DNA of 64,000 bases, taken from NCBI GenBank assembly GCA_030740155.1, contig JASLXV010000069.1, positions 32,001 through 96,000 on the forward strand, in the 5' to 3' direction. Below the pieces are notes generated by a model. That model saw only the letters and a program-made list of their open reading frames with translations, was not told the origin of the DNA and did no database searches. Both the position numbers and the translations under genes were made by a program. Shown in pieces: positions 1-9,402 of the stretch (position 1 is its first letter; each line of letters begins with the position of its first letter). The stretch is from Dehalococcoidia bacterium (GTDB taxonomy: Bacteria; Chloroflexota; Dehalococcoidia; Lucifugimonadales; UBA3495).

Positions 1-1
1 C

Positions 2-166
2 GCCGAACACCTGGCCTACTTCAAGGTCCCCCGGTACGTGGAGATGCGGGACGACCTGCCCCACACCCCCAGCCTCCGGGTTCGCAAAGACCTGTTGCGA
101 CAGGAGCGGGAAGACCTCATTAAGGGCTGCTTTGACCGGGAGGCGGCCGGGATTCGCCTTCGCTGA
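2..166 (+). CDS. 3' end of an AMP-binding acyl-CoA ligase (CaiC-like), truncated by the window edge
   Basis: Frame from base 2 reads AEHLAYFKVPRYVEMRDDLPHTPSLRVRKDLL...*, the typical C-terminal LAxFKVPR...LPxT...K motif of adenylate-forming enzymes. Confidence 0.8.
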   Translation, partial: AEHLAYFKVPRYVEMRDDLPHTPSLRVRKDLLRQEREDLIKGCFDREAAGIRLR

Positions 167-318
167 GCCGATCGTGCCGCCTTCAGCCACCCTCGGACAA
201 CCCGGCTCGGCAGGCGCCCAGCGGCGGCTACTGGCTGAAAGCTGATCGCAGACCGCTCCGAGCGCGAACCTGCCGGAGCGACTAGAAAGAAAAGAGAAGT
301 ACCTGAAGGAGGAAGGAA

Positions 319-1128
319 ATGCCTGACTACAGCTATGAGACCCTTCTGGTGGAGAAGACAGACAATATCCTGACCATCACGCTGAACCGCCCGGAGCGCC
401 TCAACGCGATCAATGAAACCATGCACCACGAGCTGGAAAACGTGTTTGCCGCGGTTGGCGTGGACCCGGAGATATGCGCCGTGGTGGTGACGGGGTCCGG
501 CCGGGGCTTTTGCTCCGGCGGCGACGTCCGGGCCATGGACGAAAGGGGCGGCGCCATCGCCCTCGCGAACCGGCCCCTGGGCGCCGTCTCCCAGAGCGGC
601 CGGCGCCTCTTCCACAACATGCTGTGGGTGGAGCAGCCGGTGATATGCGCCCTCAACGGCGTGGCCGCCGGCCTCGGGGCGACCATCGCCCTGTTCTGCG
701 ACATCGTCTACGCCTCGGACCGGGCCCGGATCGGCGACACCCACGTCCGCGCCGGACTGGTGGCGGGCGACGGCGGCGCGGTCGTCTGGCCCCTGCTCAT
801 CGGCATGTCCAAGGCCAAGGAGCTGCTCATGACCGGGGACATCATCGACGCTCAGGAAGCGGAGCGCATCGGGCTGATCAACAAGGTAGTCCCCCACGAT
901 GAGTTGATGGAGACCGTCATGGAGCTGGCCCAACGCCTGGCCTCCGGCCCCGCCCTCGCCGTGCGGGCTACCAAGCACACGCTGAACAAGAAGCTGTGGA
1001 ATGACCTCAATCTGATGCTGGACCTGGGCCTGTCCTTGGAGGAGCGAAGCTCTCGCCATGAGGACCACAAGGAAGCGGCCCGGGCCTTCGTGGAGAAGAG
1101 GACTCCCACGTACAAGGGGACGATCTAG
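319..1128 (+). CDS. Enoyl-CoA hydratase/isomerase (crotonase) family protein
   Basis: ITLNRPERLNA, GRGFCSGGD and C-terminal AFVEKRTP motifs; GGAGG RBS upstream. Confidence 0.92.
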   Translation: MPDYSYETLLVEKTDNILTITLNRPERLNAINETMHHELENVFAAVGVDPEICAVVVTGSGRGFCSGGDVRAMDERGGAIALANRPLGAVSQSGRRLFHNMLWVEQPVICALNGVAAGLGATIALFCDIVYASDRARIGDTHVRAGLVAGDGGAVVWPLLIGMSKAKELLMTGDIIDAQEAERIGLINKVVPHDELMETVMELAQRLASGPALAVRATKHTLNKKLWNDLNLMLDLGLSLEERSSRHEDHKEAARAFVEKRTPTYKGTI

Positions 1129-1306
1129 CCGTCAGTTAGGATGCACCGGCTCATCGCCCGCCCGGCCCGGTCTACGAGCGCTCCGGAACGGGTGGTGGGA
1201 AAACCGGGTGTCGAATAGTGAATCGGCCAATTTTACGGCGGACTCCGCGCGGTTCGTGGATTTGAGGTAACCCAGGCGGAGGCGCCCGCGAAATAGAGGA
1301 GACGAT

Positions 1307-2257
1307 ATGGAAACCGTTGGGTTTATCGGCCTGGGGAATATGGGGGGCGGAATGGCCGCCAATATCCAGAAGGCAGGGTACCCCATGGTGGTCTACGACC
1401 TCCGCGAGGAGGCCACCCGGCCTTTCCTGGAGAATGGGGCCCGCCTGGCTAACTCTCCTTCAGAGATCGCCGGACTCTGTGACGTCGTTCTTACGTCGTT
1501 GCCCGGACCCCGGGAAGTGGAGGAGGTGGCCGTCGGACGGGAGGGGTTGCTGGAGGCGATCAAGCCGGGCGCAATATTCATCGAGCTTTCCACCAGCCGT
1601 CCGACGCTCATTCGGGAGATCGAGCCCCGGTTCCGGCAGAAGGGCGCCCACGTGCTGGACGCGCCCATCAGCGGCGGCAAGACCGGGGCGGCGTCCGGGA
1701 ATCTGGCGGTAATGGTGGGTGGTGAGCGGGAGGTGTTTGACCGAATGAAACCCTTGCTGGACTCCTTCGGTGACAAGGTGTTCTATGCCGGGGAGATCGG
1801 CGCCGGCAGCGTGGCCAAGCTGGTCCACAACATGATCGGCCATGGGGTGAAGCAGGCCATCGCCGAAGGGATGACCCTCGGCGTCAAGGCCGGCGTGGAC
1901 GCTGAGGCCCTCTGGGAGTGCGTGCGCCGAGGCTCGCTGGGCCGAATGCGCGTTCTCCACGAGGGAATTGCCAAGACGATGTTCCGTGGCGAGTACGAGC
2001 CGCCCAGCTTCGCGCTGGCCCTGTCGCGCAAAGACATCGGGCTGGCGACCGAGTTGGGCCGGGAGTTCAACGTGCCGATGCCGGTGGCCAACCTCGCCGA
2101 ACAGATCGTCGTACAAGCCCTGAACCGGGGATGGGGCGACCTGGACAGCAGCGCCACCTTCATGCTTCAGGAGGAGAGCGCCGGCGTAGAGGTGCGGGCG
2201 CCGCACGTGGACCCAGCAAAGGCGGGCCGGTTCATCTCGACCAACCCCGACGCCTGA
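1307..2257 (+). CDS. NAD(P)-dependent beta-hydroxyacid dehydrogenase (3-hydroxyisobutyrate/2-hydroxy-3-oxopropionate reductase family)
   Basis: GFIGLGNMG Rossmann motif, DAPISGG, catalytic AKLVHN; GAGGAG RBS. Confidence 0.92.
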   Translation: METVGFIGLGNMGGGMAANIQKAGYPMVVYDLREEATRPFLENGARLANSPSEIAGLCDVVLTSLPGPREVEEVAVGREGLLEAIKPGAIFIELSTSRPTLIREIEPRFRQKGAHVLDAPISGGKTGAASGNLAVMVGGEREVFDRMKPLLDSFGDKVFYAGEIGAGSVAKLVHNMIGHGVKQAIAEGMTLGVKAGVDAEALWECVRRGSLGRMRVLHEGIAKTMFRGEYEPPSFALALSRKDIGLATELGREFNVPMPVANLAEQIVVQALNRGWGDLDSSATFMLQEESAGVEVRAPHVDPAKAGRFISTNPDA

Positions 2258-2311
2258 GCGCTCCGGTCACTCGCCCCGGCCCATCAGCTCCAAAAAGGCC
2301 GATCACGCTCC

Positions 2312-2461
2312 TTCGACAAGCTCAGGATGAACGGATTTCCCCCAAGCTCACCACGAGCGGTTCCTCCCAGCTCGCGGTGACTTCAGGGCAAACAGGTTCC
2401 TCCCCGTTCGTGGTGGGTTCAGGGCAGACGGATATTCCCCGTTCGTGGTGAGCTTGTCGAA
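2312..2461. repeat. REP-like composite palindrome cluster
   Basis: Outer inverted repeat TTCGACAAGCTCA (2312-2324) and TGAGCTTGTCGAA (2449-2461) encloses repeated sub-units TTCAGGGCA.AC and CCGTTCGTGGTG. Confidence 0.8.
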
Positions 2462-2580
2462 CCACGGTGGCCGACAATTGTGTGGTCTCCAATTCTCTGC
2501 AATATATGTTCCAACTTCTTGCTAGCCACCGCGAGTCACCGCGAGAGGGCGTTGCCCCAAGCCAGTCATTCCTCCGCAAG

Positions 2581-2789
2581 TGTCATGTTGAGCCGGCCGC
2601 AGCGGCAAAGCATCTGGGCAGAGATTCTCCTCCGCCTCCCCGGATCCCTCGGCCTTCCCGCGAAGGACTCGGGATGACAGGGCAACGCCCATTTTCGTCG
2701 GCCGTGGTGCCCCATACAATCGGGGCATGAACGGTTCCGAGGAGCGAAACTACACCGTCATTCCGAGGAGCGAAGCGACGAGGAATCTG
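2581..2789. repeat. GTCAT-terminated palindromic elements
   Basis: TGTCAT...ATGACA bounded element at 2581-2679 and GTCATTCCGAGGAGCGAAGCGACGAGGAATCT at about 2757-2788. A reverse-complement relative lies at about 42490-42523. Confidence 0.75.
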
Positions 2790-2907
2790 GTGCGGGGTTC
2801 GTCCATTGCAGCCTGGACCCGCCACCCCAGGCCCATCGCATCACTCAGGAAACCAAAGAGGCCCGGCGAAGAGCCGGGCCTCAAAAGCAGTTGCCGTTTT
2901 ACGTCGA

Positions 2908-4491
2908 TCAGCTCACGGGGGGATGATACTCCGGAATCACCCCATCGGCGATGACGCCCAACTCTTTCCACAGCCCGTGGAGCAATATCTGGTCGCTGGG
3001 CAGCCCATTAGAGACACGGGGTATCAGCTCTTCACGGCTATCCCGCATGGCCTTGAGGTCTTCGTCGATCAACTCGATTATGGCATTCCTCACCCCGGTA
3101 TCGGTGCCGATATCAGGGTAGAGTTTCCAGCACTCGGCGGTCACGCTCTTCAGCCACTCGCTTTGGGTGGAACTAGCGCCCCTGTTCTCCGCGAAGTGCC
3201 AGGCGTACCATGCGGTCACCATCTCACGAAACATCGTGAGGTCTTCGGCCGGCGCACCCACTATCGACATCTGGACGTCGAATCGGTGGTTGTCTCCGGG
3301 ATGGCCCTCTACCGCCGCGAACTTGCGCCCGCCTCCCAGGCCCCTCAAGACGATATCGTGGACGTTGGAAGCGGTGATGCCAACGCCCGAAGCCGAGTCA
3401 ACGTGACCCACTCCTACTTCCCCAACCCTCCACAGCTTCTGCTCCATCGCGGAGGCGCCCCGGTGCATGTCAGCCAGCAGTTCGCCCAGGTCCTCGCCGA
3501 ACCGCGCCCCATGGGAGATGATGGAAAGGAATCCGGCCTCCAGCGATACATTATCCTGAATCTTCTGAGACATTGACTCGGCGAGAAGGTCCTCTAATTG
3601 TTGCAGGCCCACACGGTTGGTGCCATACACGGACACTCCCGCAAGGGCGCGCCGGACACTCTCTGCTACGTCGAACGCATCGCTGTTGCTAAGTTGGAAC
3701 CTGTCCAGAATCCGATGGGCAATGGCCAACGCCTGCTCTCCCCGCAGCAGGTTCCTCACGGTGGGATCTTCGCTCTCAAAGGACCATAACTCAGGATTGG
3801 TCACCTCTTGGAAGAGGCCACCGCCCAGGCTTGCACGCTTCCGCAGCGCCGGTGTGACCTCGTACCACGATGACAGGTATTCCTTGATCTCAGCTTCCAT
3901 TGCCTCCACAATTTCGGCCACGTGGTTCTGGCAAAGGTCCTCCAGCCAGTAGCCCATCTGGGTTTTCCATCGTGGGAGGCGCTTCCGCCGGTCCGCGGGG
4001 TCTACCAGGTCATTGTAGGAATGCTCCGCAGTTTGGGGCAATTCACGCCGGAAGGTGCGAGTAGAGAGGTTCTCCCACCTCTTGACGGAAGGCTCTTGAT
4101 ACGGCGCCTGGATGATGTCATATAGGAAGCGAGTTTCGAGCCTGGTGCGAATCTCGCGGCTGAGTTCGTCTCGCTTGAGGTCGGCAAAACTCTCGGCTCG
4201 CGCTTTCTCGTTCCGGATTTGGCCGTTAGCCTCAAGGATCAGATGGTTGCTGATGTTCCCTTCCGGGCTCAGCTGCTCGAATACCAGCTGAACAGCCTTG
4301 CCAACCTCTTCCATGGCGCCATGCATCACCGAGTTCAGTTGCGCGAGGACATCCTGAGAACTGGCCCCGCTCGTCTCCGGAGTCAAGAAATCCAGGGGGT
4401 CCATTGTTTGAAGCATCCGGGTGGACGCCTCGAAGAAAGATTCTCGCTTCCGTGGCACCTTTAACTTGTTGAACAATCGTCCTATTCCCAT
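2908..4491 (-). CDS. Hypothetical 527-aa protein resembling the helical and C-terminal half of Tubulin_2-family proteins
   Basis: Long ORF in the same frame as, and 6 bp downstream of, the tubulin-like gene. Helical N-half. C-terminal GDNHRFDVQMSIVGAPAEDLTMFREMVTAWY resembles, from memory, the C-terminal module of long Tubulin_2 proteins. Confidence 0.7.
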   Translation of the reverse strand: MGIGRLFNKLKVPRKRESFFEASTRMLQTMDPLDFLTPETSGASSQDVLAQLNSVMHGAMEEVGKAVQLVFEQLSPEGNISNHLILEANGQIRNEKARAESFADLKRDELSREIRTRLETRFLYDIIQAPYQEPSVKRWENLSTRTFRRELPQTAEHSYNDLVDPADRRKRLPRWKTQMGYWLEDLCQNHVAEIVEAMEAEIKEYLSSWYEVTPALRKRASLGGGLFQEVTNPELWSFESEDPTVRNLLRGEQALAIAHRILDRFQLSNSDAFDVAESVRRALAGVSVYGTNRVGLQQLEDLLAESMSQKIQDNVSLEAGFLSIISHGARFGEDLGELLADMHRGASAMEQKLWRVGEVGVGHVDSASGVGITASNVHDIVLRGLGGGRKFAAVEGHPGDNHRFDVQMSIVGAPAEDLTMFREMVTAWYAWHFAENRGASSTQSEWLKSVTAECWKLYPDIGTDTGVRNAIIELIDEDLKAMRDSREELIPRVSNGLPSDQILLHGLWKELGVIADGVIPEYHPPVS

Positions 4492-4497
4492 AATTCT

Positions 4498-5538
4498 CTA
4501 CCTGTACCCGGAATTCCACTTGGTCTGAAGGTATTGGCGTGCCGTCAGGTTGAAAAAGCCTTCTAAGAGACCGACTTCCTTGGAGCAGATGGAGCCAAAC
4601 CGGGCGTCCACCTTGTTGTTGGCCTCTCTCATGGTTTCGTGGTAGCGGGCCCACCAGTCTGATCCCGTCCCCCATGATTCGCCGACCAGTGTTTCCAGGA
4701 CCCGGGCGATGTGGGCCCGCTGCGCGGGGAGAGAATCTTTGGGCGACCGGTGCATCAACGCGATGTCGAAATGGGGCCCTGTCGCCTGGATCTTCTTGTC
4801 GGGGTAGACGGTGACGTAGAAGGTGTCCGACCCGGTATGTCTTCCATCACCCACGGATACCCCGGTCGCGGCGCGAAGGAACTGTATCGTGGAGTAAGCA
4901 TTTCTCAACTGGAGGGGATAGCTGTTGTCCGGGTCTCTGGACATGCCCCTCTGGGGCACCAACAGATGGAGGACCACGCTGAAGTTGTAGGCGGTCCCCC
5001 TGGCCTCGGAGAGGGCCGCCAGCAGGACCGGTAGCGCGCCGATGGTCCCACCACCAAGGAAGCCTATCACATGGACCCTCAGGTAAGTCTTCCCCTCGTA
5101 GTAGGGGCACACTTCCCCAATCATCGCGTCTAGGTGTCCCCTCATCGCCGCGTAGTTGTACCGGGCGGCAACACCGGCGTTGGCCAGCATCCCCAGCGCG
5201 CCCTCCCGGGAGAGGCTGAGGTTCTTCAACTCCGGCACGCACTCGGTAATCCAGGGCCGCATATCCCGCAGATTGGAAAAATGGGGAAGCGTCAGGGGGA
5301 TGAAACGCGACGCCCTGGAGATTTCGTCACGAGTGGCCTCCCTGGTGTCCATGTACAGGAACCCCAGGGATTTCCTGTCGTTCAGGCTCCAGCTCTTGGT
5401 GATGTCTTCTAACTGTCTCCCGACTTGGCACGCTGTCGAGCCCAGTCCGACGACCACCGCTGGAGATGCAACCCGCTGCGCCGACCTTGTCCCTCCCAAT
5501 TTAGAGAGGAAGGTGCTTCGAATTGCTGAAGTTACCAT
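4498..5538 (-). CDS. Tubulin/FtsZ-superfamily GTPase-domain protein (Tubulin_2-like), divergent
   Basis: Motifs in the expected order: VVVGLGSTA, FLYMDT, EGALG, VHVIGFLGGGTIG (variant of the GGGTGSG signature), LLVP, RNAYSTIQFL, PHFD. AGGAGG RBS. Confidence 0.8.
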   Translation of the reverse strand: MVTSAIRSTFLSKLGGTRSAQRVASPAVVVGLGSTACQVGRQLEDITKSWSLNDRKSLGFLYMDTREATRDEISRASRFIPLTLPHFSNLRDMRPWITECVPELKNLSLSREGALGMLANAGVAARYNYAAMRGHLDAMIGEVCPYYEGKTYLRVHVIGFLGGGTIGALPVLLAALSEARGTAYNFSVVLHLLVPQRGMSRDPDNSYPLQLRNAYSTIQFLRAATGVSVGDGRHTGSDTFYVTVYPDKKIQATGPHFDIALMHRSPKDSLPAQRAHIARVLETLVGESWGTGSDWWARYHETMREANNKVDARFGSICSKEVGLLEGFFNLTARQYLQTKWNSGYR

Positions 5539-5629
5539 AGGGCCTCCTGAGCTGTTACCGGCGATGTAATGAACACGGATTCAAATAGGATACCAATACG
5601 AAAACAGCCATGGGTAACATAGCCGTTCA

Positions 5630-5658
5630 ATGATATTCCCTTCTTATATGTGTGTCAA
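5630..5658 (-). promoter_or_regulatory. Sigma70-type promoter of the tubulin-like operon
   Basis: Minus strand TTGACA (5658-5653), 17 nt spacer, TATCAT (5635-5630), in an AT-rich spacer about 90 nt upstream of the ATG. Confidence 0.8.
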
Positions 5659-5734
5659 CTTTTGATCTTCTCCCAGCATTAGTCGCCTTTCGGATTGAAA
5701 GCCCGGTAGTTTACATAAATCCGGAGTCAGGCCT

Positions 5735-7408
5735 TTATAGCGCTCCGTCAATGCTCACGTCGATGACGGCGGGCTTCCCGCTGGCGTAGGCCTCGCGCAG
5801 CGCGGGGCCAAGCGCCGCAGGGTCCTCCACTTTTTCTCCGGCCACTCCCATACCCCTGGCGATGGCGGCCAGATCCAGGGGGTTGGCGAATTCCATACCG
5901 GTGTACTCGCTCCGGCGGTCCTGGTCGTCGAGCATGCGGCGCAGGTATATCTCCATGTTGACCTTAAGGATACGGTAGGCCCGGTTATTGCAGATGGCGT
6001 ACACCACCGGAATGTTGTAGCGGGCGGCGGTCCACAAAGCCTGGACAGTGTACAACGATGCGCCATCGCCCACCACCGCCAGCACCGGCCGGTCCGGGTT
6101 GGCCAGCTTGATCCCCAGGGCGCCGGGCATGGCCCAGCCGAGGGCGCCACCCCGGATTCCGTGGAGGTCGCCCGGATGTTCGAAGCTGAATTCCCGCATC
6201 AACGCGGGGCGGGAAGTGACCGACTCGTCGGCGATGATCACATCGGACGGCGAAGCCTGGGCCAGCTCGTGCATCATTCGCTCCACGGGCATGGGCTTCC
6301 GGTCCCACACACTCGCCAGCCGCTGCCGGTATTGCTCTTCAGACCGGCGCTTCTCTTCGGCCCAGGCAGCAGCCCGGGTGGCCGCGGCCTCGAGAGCCGG
6401 GGCGGACATATCTTGGCCCAGGGCGTCGGCCAGCTCTTCCAACCCGGCCGCCGGGTCGGCCAGTATCCCCACCTCGGTCGGGTACGTCTTCTCCAGCTCC
6501 CAGGAATCATTGTCCAGGTGAATCAGCTTGGTGGCCGGGCCAAGGAAGGGGTCCGGTACGTATAGGAAGGACGAGAACACGTTGGCGCCGACGGCCAGCA
6601 CCACGTCTACGCCGTCGAATTGGCGACGGGTGGACGGGGAGTTCAGATTCAACATGCCCCCGTAGAGGTCGTGGCTGGTGGGAAAGTTGACTTCCGTTAG
6701 AGTGGCGGCATACACCTTGGCTCCGAGCTGCTCCGCCACCCGGACCACCTGGGACACCGCCCCCGAGTGGGCCACCCGGTCCCCCACCACGATGATGGGA
6801 TTCTCGGCCTGGGCCAGGATTTGGGACGCCCGGGCCACCGCGGCCGTGTCCGGGCGGGTGCGATAGTACCCCTGCGAAGAGGGGATGATCTCCACGTCGG
6901 CCGTCTCGTCCATGGAATCCCAGGGCAAGGAGAGGAACACCGGGCCGGTGGGCGGCGTTTTGGCCTCTTTGAAGGCACGCCGCAAGGCCATGGGAACCTC
7001 TGATGCGTGGAGAATCTCGGCGCTCCACTTGGTGTATTGGGCCGCCATCTGCACCAGGTTACCGGATAGCACCGGCTCGGTCAGGAACATCCTCGAGTCC
7101 GAGTTTCCTGCGGTCAAGACCAGGGGCGTGCCGCCTTTGAAGGCGTTGTACAGGCCGCTGATGCCGTTGGCGAGGCCTCCGGCGATATGAACGTTGGCGA
7201 AGCTGGGGCGTCCAGTAGCCCGGGCGTAGCCGTCGGCCATGCCCACGGCGCTCCCTTCCTGCAACGCCTGAACATACCTGAGCTGCCGGAAGTCTTGCAG
7301 GACATCCAACAGCGGCGATTCGCTGGTGCCAGGGTTTCCGAATATGTACTCCACCCCTTCAGCGAGGAGCATCTGGGCCAGGGCATGTTTCCCAGACATT
7401 ATCGGCAT
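5735..7408 (-). CDS. Thiamine pyrophosphate-dependent enzyme (benzoylformate decarboxylase-like)
   Basis: FGNPGTSE, LQEG catalytic Glu, GDGASLY...NN TPP motif; start set at the ATG at 7408 behind an AAGGAAAGGA RBS. Confidence 0.9.
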   Translation of the reverse strand: MPIMSGKHALAQMLLAEGVEYIFGNPGTSESPLLDVLQDFRQLRYVQALQEGSAVGMADGYARATGRPSFANVHIAGGLANGISGLYNAFKGGTPLVLTAGNSDSRMFLTEPVLSGNLVQMAAQYTKWSAEILHASEVPMALRRAFKEAKTPPTGPVFLSLPWDSMDETADVEIIPSSQGYYRTRPDTAAVARASQILAQAENPIIVVGDRVAHSGAVSQVVRVAEQLGAKVYAATLTEVNFPTSHDLYGGMLNLNSPSTRRQFDGVDVVLAVGANVFSSFLYVPDPFLGPATKLIHLDNDSWELEKTYPTEVGILADPAAGLEELADALGQDMSAPALEAAATRAAAWAEEKRRSEEQYRQRLASVWDRKPMPVERMMHELAQASPSDVIIADESVTSRPALMREFSFEHPGDLHGIRGGALGWAMPGALGIKLANPDRPVLAVVGDGASLYTVQALWTAARYNIPVVYAICNNRAYRILKVNMEIYLRRMLDDQDRRSEYTGMEFANPLDLAAIARGMGVAGEKVEDPAALGPALREAYASGKPAVIDVSIDGAL

Positions 7409-7478
7409 CTTTAATAGATCCTTTCCTTGCAATTATCGGCCGGCGCCCGGCCATAATATGTCGTTTGATAGCTGATAG

Positions 7479-7892
7479 CTATTTGTCCTGGTAGATCATC
7501 CACTCCAGCAGGTTCTGGTCCGGGTCCCGCGCGTATAGGCTCAGAGAGGGGTGCCCGCCGCCGCCGCGGGCGCCCCGGCGGGCCACCGGGCCTTGGATGA
7601 CCTCCACCCCGGCCTTCTTCAGCATCTCCTGGCACTCCTCCACCGTTCCGTCCCAGACAAAGCAGATGTCGGTGCAGCCGGGCACCGCGGTCGGTCCCCG
7701 CAGGCCGGCGGTGAAACCCTCGGGGTGGATGTTGATCTTGGAGTCTCCGACCCGGACGGAGAAGATGTGCACCTTGCCGGCGCGCCACTCCTCTTCGTCG
7801 TTGATGGAAAAGCCGACCCGCTTGTAGAACTCGATCAGGCGCTCCGCATTTGTGGTTGGCATGGCAATGTGGTCGATGCTTACCGTTCCCAT
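7479..7892 (-). CDS. VOC (glyoxalase/bleomycin resistance) family protein
   Basis: IDHIA, FY..VGF, SLYARDPDQNLLE motifs. Confidence 0.88.
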   Translation of the reverse strand: MGTVSIDHIAMPTTNAERLIEFYKRVGFSINDEEEWRAGKVHIFSVRVGDSKINIHPEGFTAGLRGPTAVPGCTDICFVWDGTVEECQEMLKKAGVEVIQGPVARRGARGGGGHPSLSLYARDPDQNLLEWMIYQDK

Positions 7893-8007
7893 CTTGGACC
7901 TCCTTCCATCCTTAACCGCCCATCCTCAACTGCGGGCCTATACTGTCGCCGATCGATTACTCGATGCGCTGATGGGAATGCTCAATCCAGGGCATCGAGG
8001 TTGGGGG

Positions 8008-8053
8008 AAATCCCCCTGTATCCCCCTTTACCAAAGGGGGACGGAAGGGACTT
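8008..8053. repeat. AAATCCCCCT-family palindromic repeat
   Basis: AAATCCCCCTGTATCCCCCTTTAC is identical at 8008 and 35871; degenerate copy at 17146-17190. Confidence 0.85.
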
Positions 8054-8061
8054 CCTCGTGG

Positions 8062-9192
8062 CTAGGTTTGCCCGCCAACTACACGGGCCACCTCATCAAT
8101 GGCGCGGTCTATGTCCGCGGCCGCGGTGAACCGGCCGACCGAGAAGCGAATGGTCCCCATGGCGTATTCCAGGGGCACTTCCATGGCCTTGAGGACGCTG
8201 GAAACCTCCACCCGGTCTCTGTGGCAGGCCGAGCCGGCGGAGGCGGCCACGTCTTTCAGCTCGGAGAGGATGGTATTGGCTTCCAGTCCCTTGAAGCTGA
8301 CGCTCGCCGTATTGGGCAGCCGTTTCTCCCGATGCCCGTTGACCCGGGCATTGGGAAACCGGTCCAGCAGGCCACTCTCCAGCCGGTCCCGCATCTCCTG
8401 CATGTGGTCGTGGTATTCAGACAGGTTCCGGTCGATCAGCTCGAAGGCTTCGCCCAGCGCCACGATCTGAGCCACGTTTTCCGTCCCGGCCCGCCAGTCC
8501 ATCTCGTGGTTCGCACCGTGGATCAGCTTCTCCAGCTTTACTCCGGCCCGCACGTATAGAGCCCCGATCCCTTTGGGGGCATACAGCTTGTGGCCGGCGA
8601 CGGTGAGCAGATCCACTCCCAGCTCGTCGACGTGGACCGGCATCTTGCCGAGGGATTGGGCGCAATCGGAGTGGACCAGCACGCCCCGTCGACGAGCGAT
8701 GCCGGCGATGTCGGCGATGGGTTCGATAGTACCCACCTCATTGTTGGCGTGCATGATGGTAACCAGCACGGTCTGCTGGGTGATCGCCGCCTCGACGTCC
8801 TGGGGATCGACCTGCCCGTTACGGTCCACGGGCAGGTAAGTGATCCGGCAACCGTTTTCCTCCAGGTAGCGGCACACCTCGATCACCGAGGGATGCTCCA
8901 CGGTCGAGGTGATAATGTGGTTGCCCCGGCCCCGGCGGGCGCCGGCCACGCCTTTGATGGCGTAGTTATTCGACTCGGTGCCGCCGCTGGTGAAGACCAC
9001 CTCGTCCGTCCCGCAGCGAAGCGTTGCCGCCACCTGGCTGCGGGCCCTATCGACGGCCTCCTTGGTGGTGACCCCGAAGGCATGGCCGCTGGACGGGTTT
9101 CCGAAGTGCTGCTGAATGAACGGCAACATGGCCTCAGCGACCTGTGGGTCAATGGGAGTGGTGGCGTTGTAATCCAGATAAATGGGGTTCAT
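8062..9192 (-). CDS. Cysteine desulfurase (IscS/NifS group I)
   Basis: YLDYNATTP, GNPSS, FTSGGTES, AGHKLYAPKG (PLP Lys), SAGSACH (catalytic Cys). Confidence 0.93.
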   Translation of the reverse strand: MNPIYLDYNATTPIDPQVAEAMLPFIQQHFGNPSSGHAFGVTTKEAVDRARSQVAATLRCGTDEVVFTSGGTESNNYAIKGVAGARRGRGNHIITSTVEHPSVIEVCRYLEENGCRITYLPVDRNGQVDPQDVEAAITQQTVLVTIMHANNEVGTIEPIADIAGIARRRGVLVHSDCAQSLGKMPVHVDELGVDLLTVAGHKLYAPKGIGALYVRAGVKLEKLIHGANHEMDWRAGTENVAQIVALGEAFELIDRNLSEYHDHMQEMRDRLESGLLDRFPNARVNGHREKRLPNTASVSFKGLEANTILSELKDVAASAGSACHRDRVEVSSVLKAMEVPLEYAMGTIRFSVGRFTAAADIDRAIDEVARVVGGQT

Positions 9193-9402
9193 TGGCTCCG
9201 GGCCTCCGCCGCACCTGATTGCTCGCGCTCCGGGGCAAGCCTTGTTTTAGCCTCCCATGGTATCTTCAACCGATGCCACTGGCAAGGAAGGTGTCACCGG
9301 CGCTTCGGGAAGCGGCGCCGGTGTAGTATTATGGTGCCGCGAAGAGACACCTCTCGGCCGGCAGTTGATAGCTGACGGCTGACGGCCGATGTTGGAGGCG
9401 CC

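Noticed and set aside
2312..2461. Possible CRISPR array
   Set aside because: Units are inverted and degenerate, with no constant repeat-spacer period and no cas genes.
4498..5538. Calling the tubulin-like gene ftsZ, cetZ or tubZ
   Set aside because: It lacks the FtsZ-specific motifs (NTD, GAGxxPxxG, the T7 NxDxAD loop) and has no dcw or plasmid partition context.
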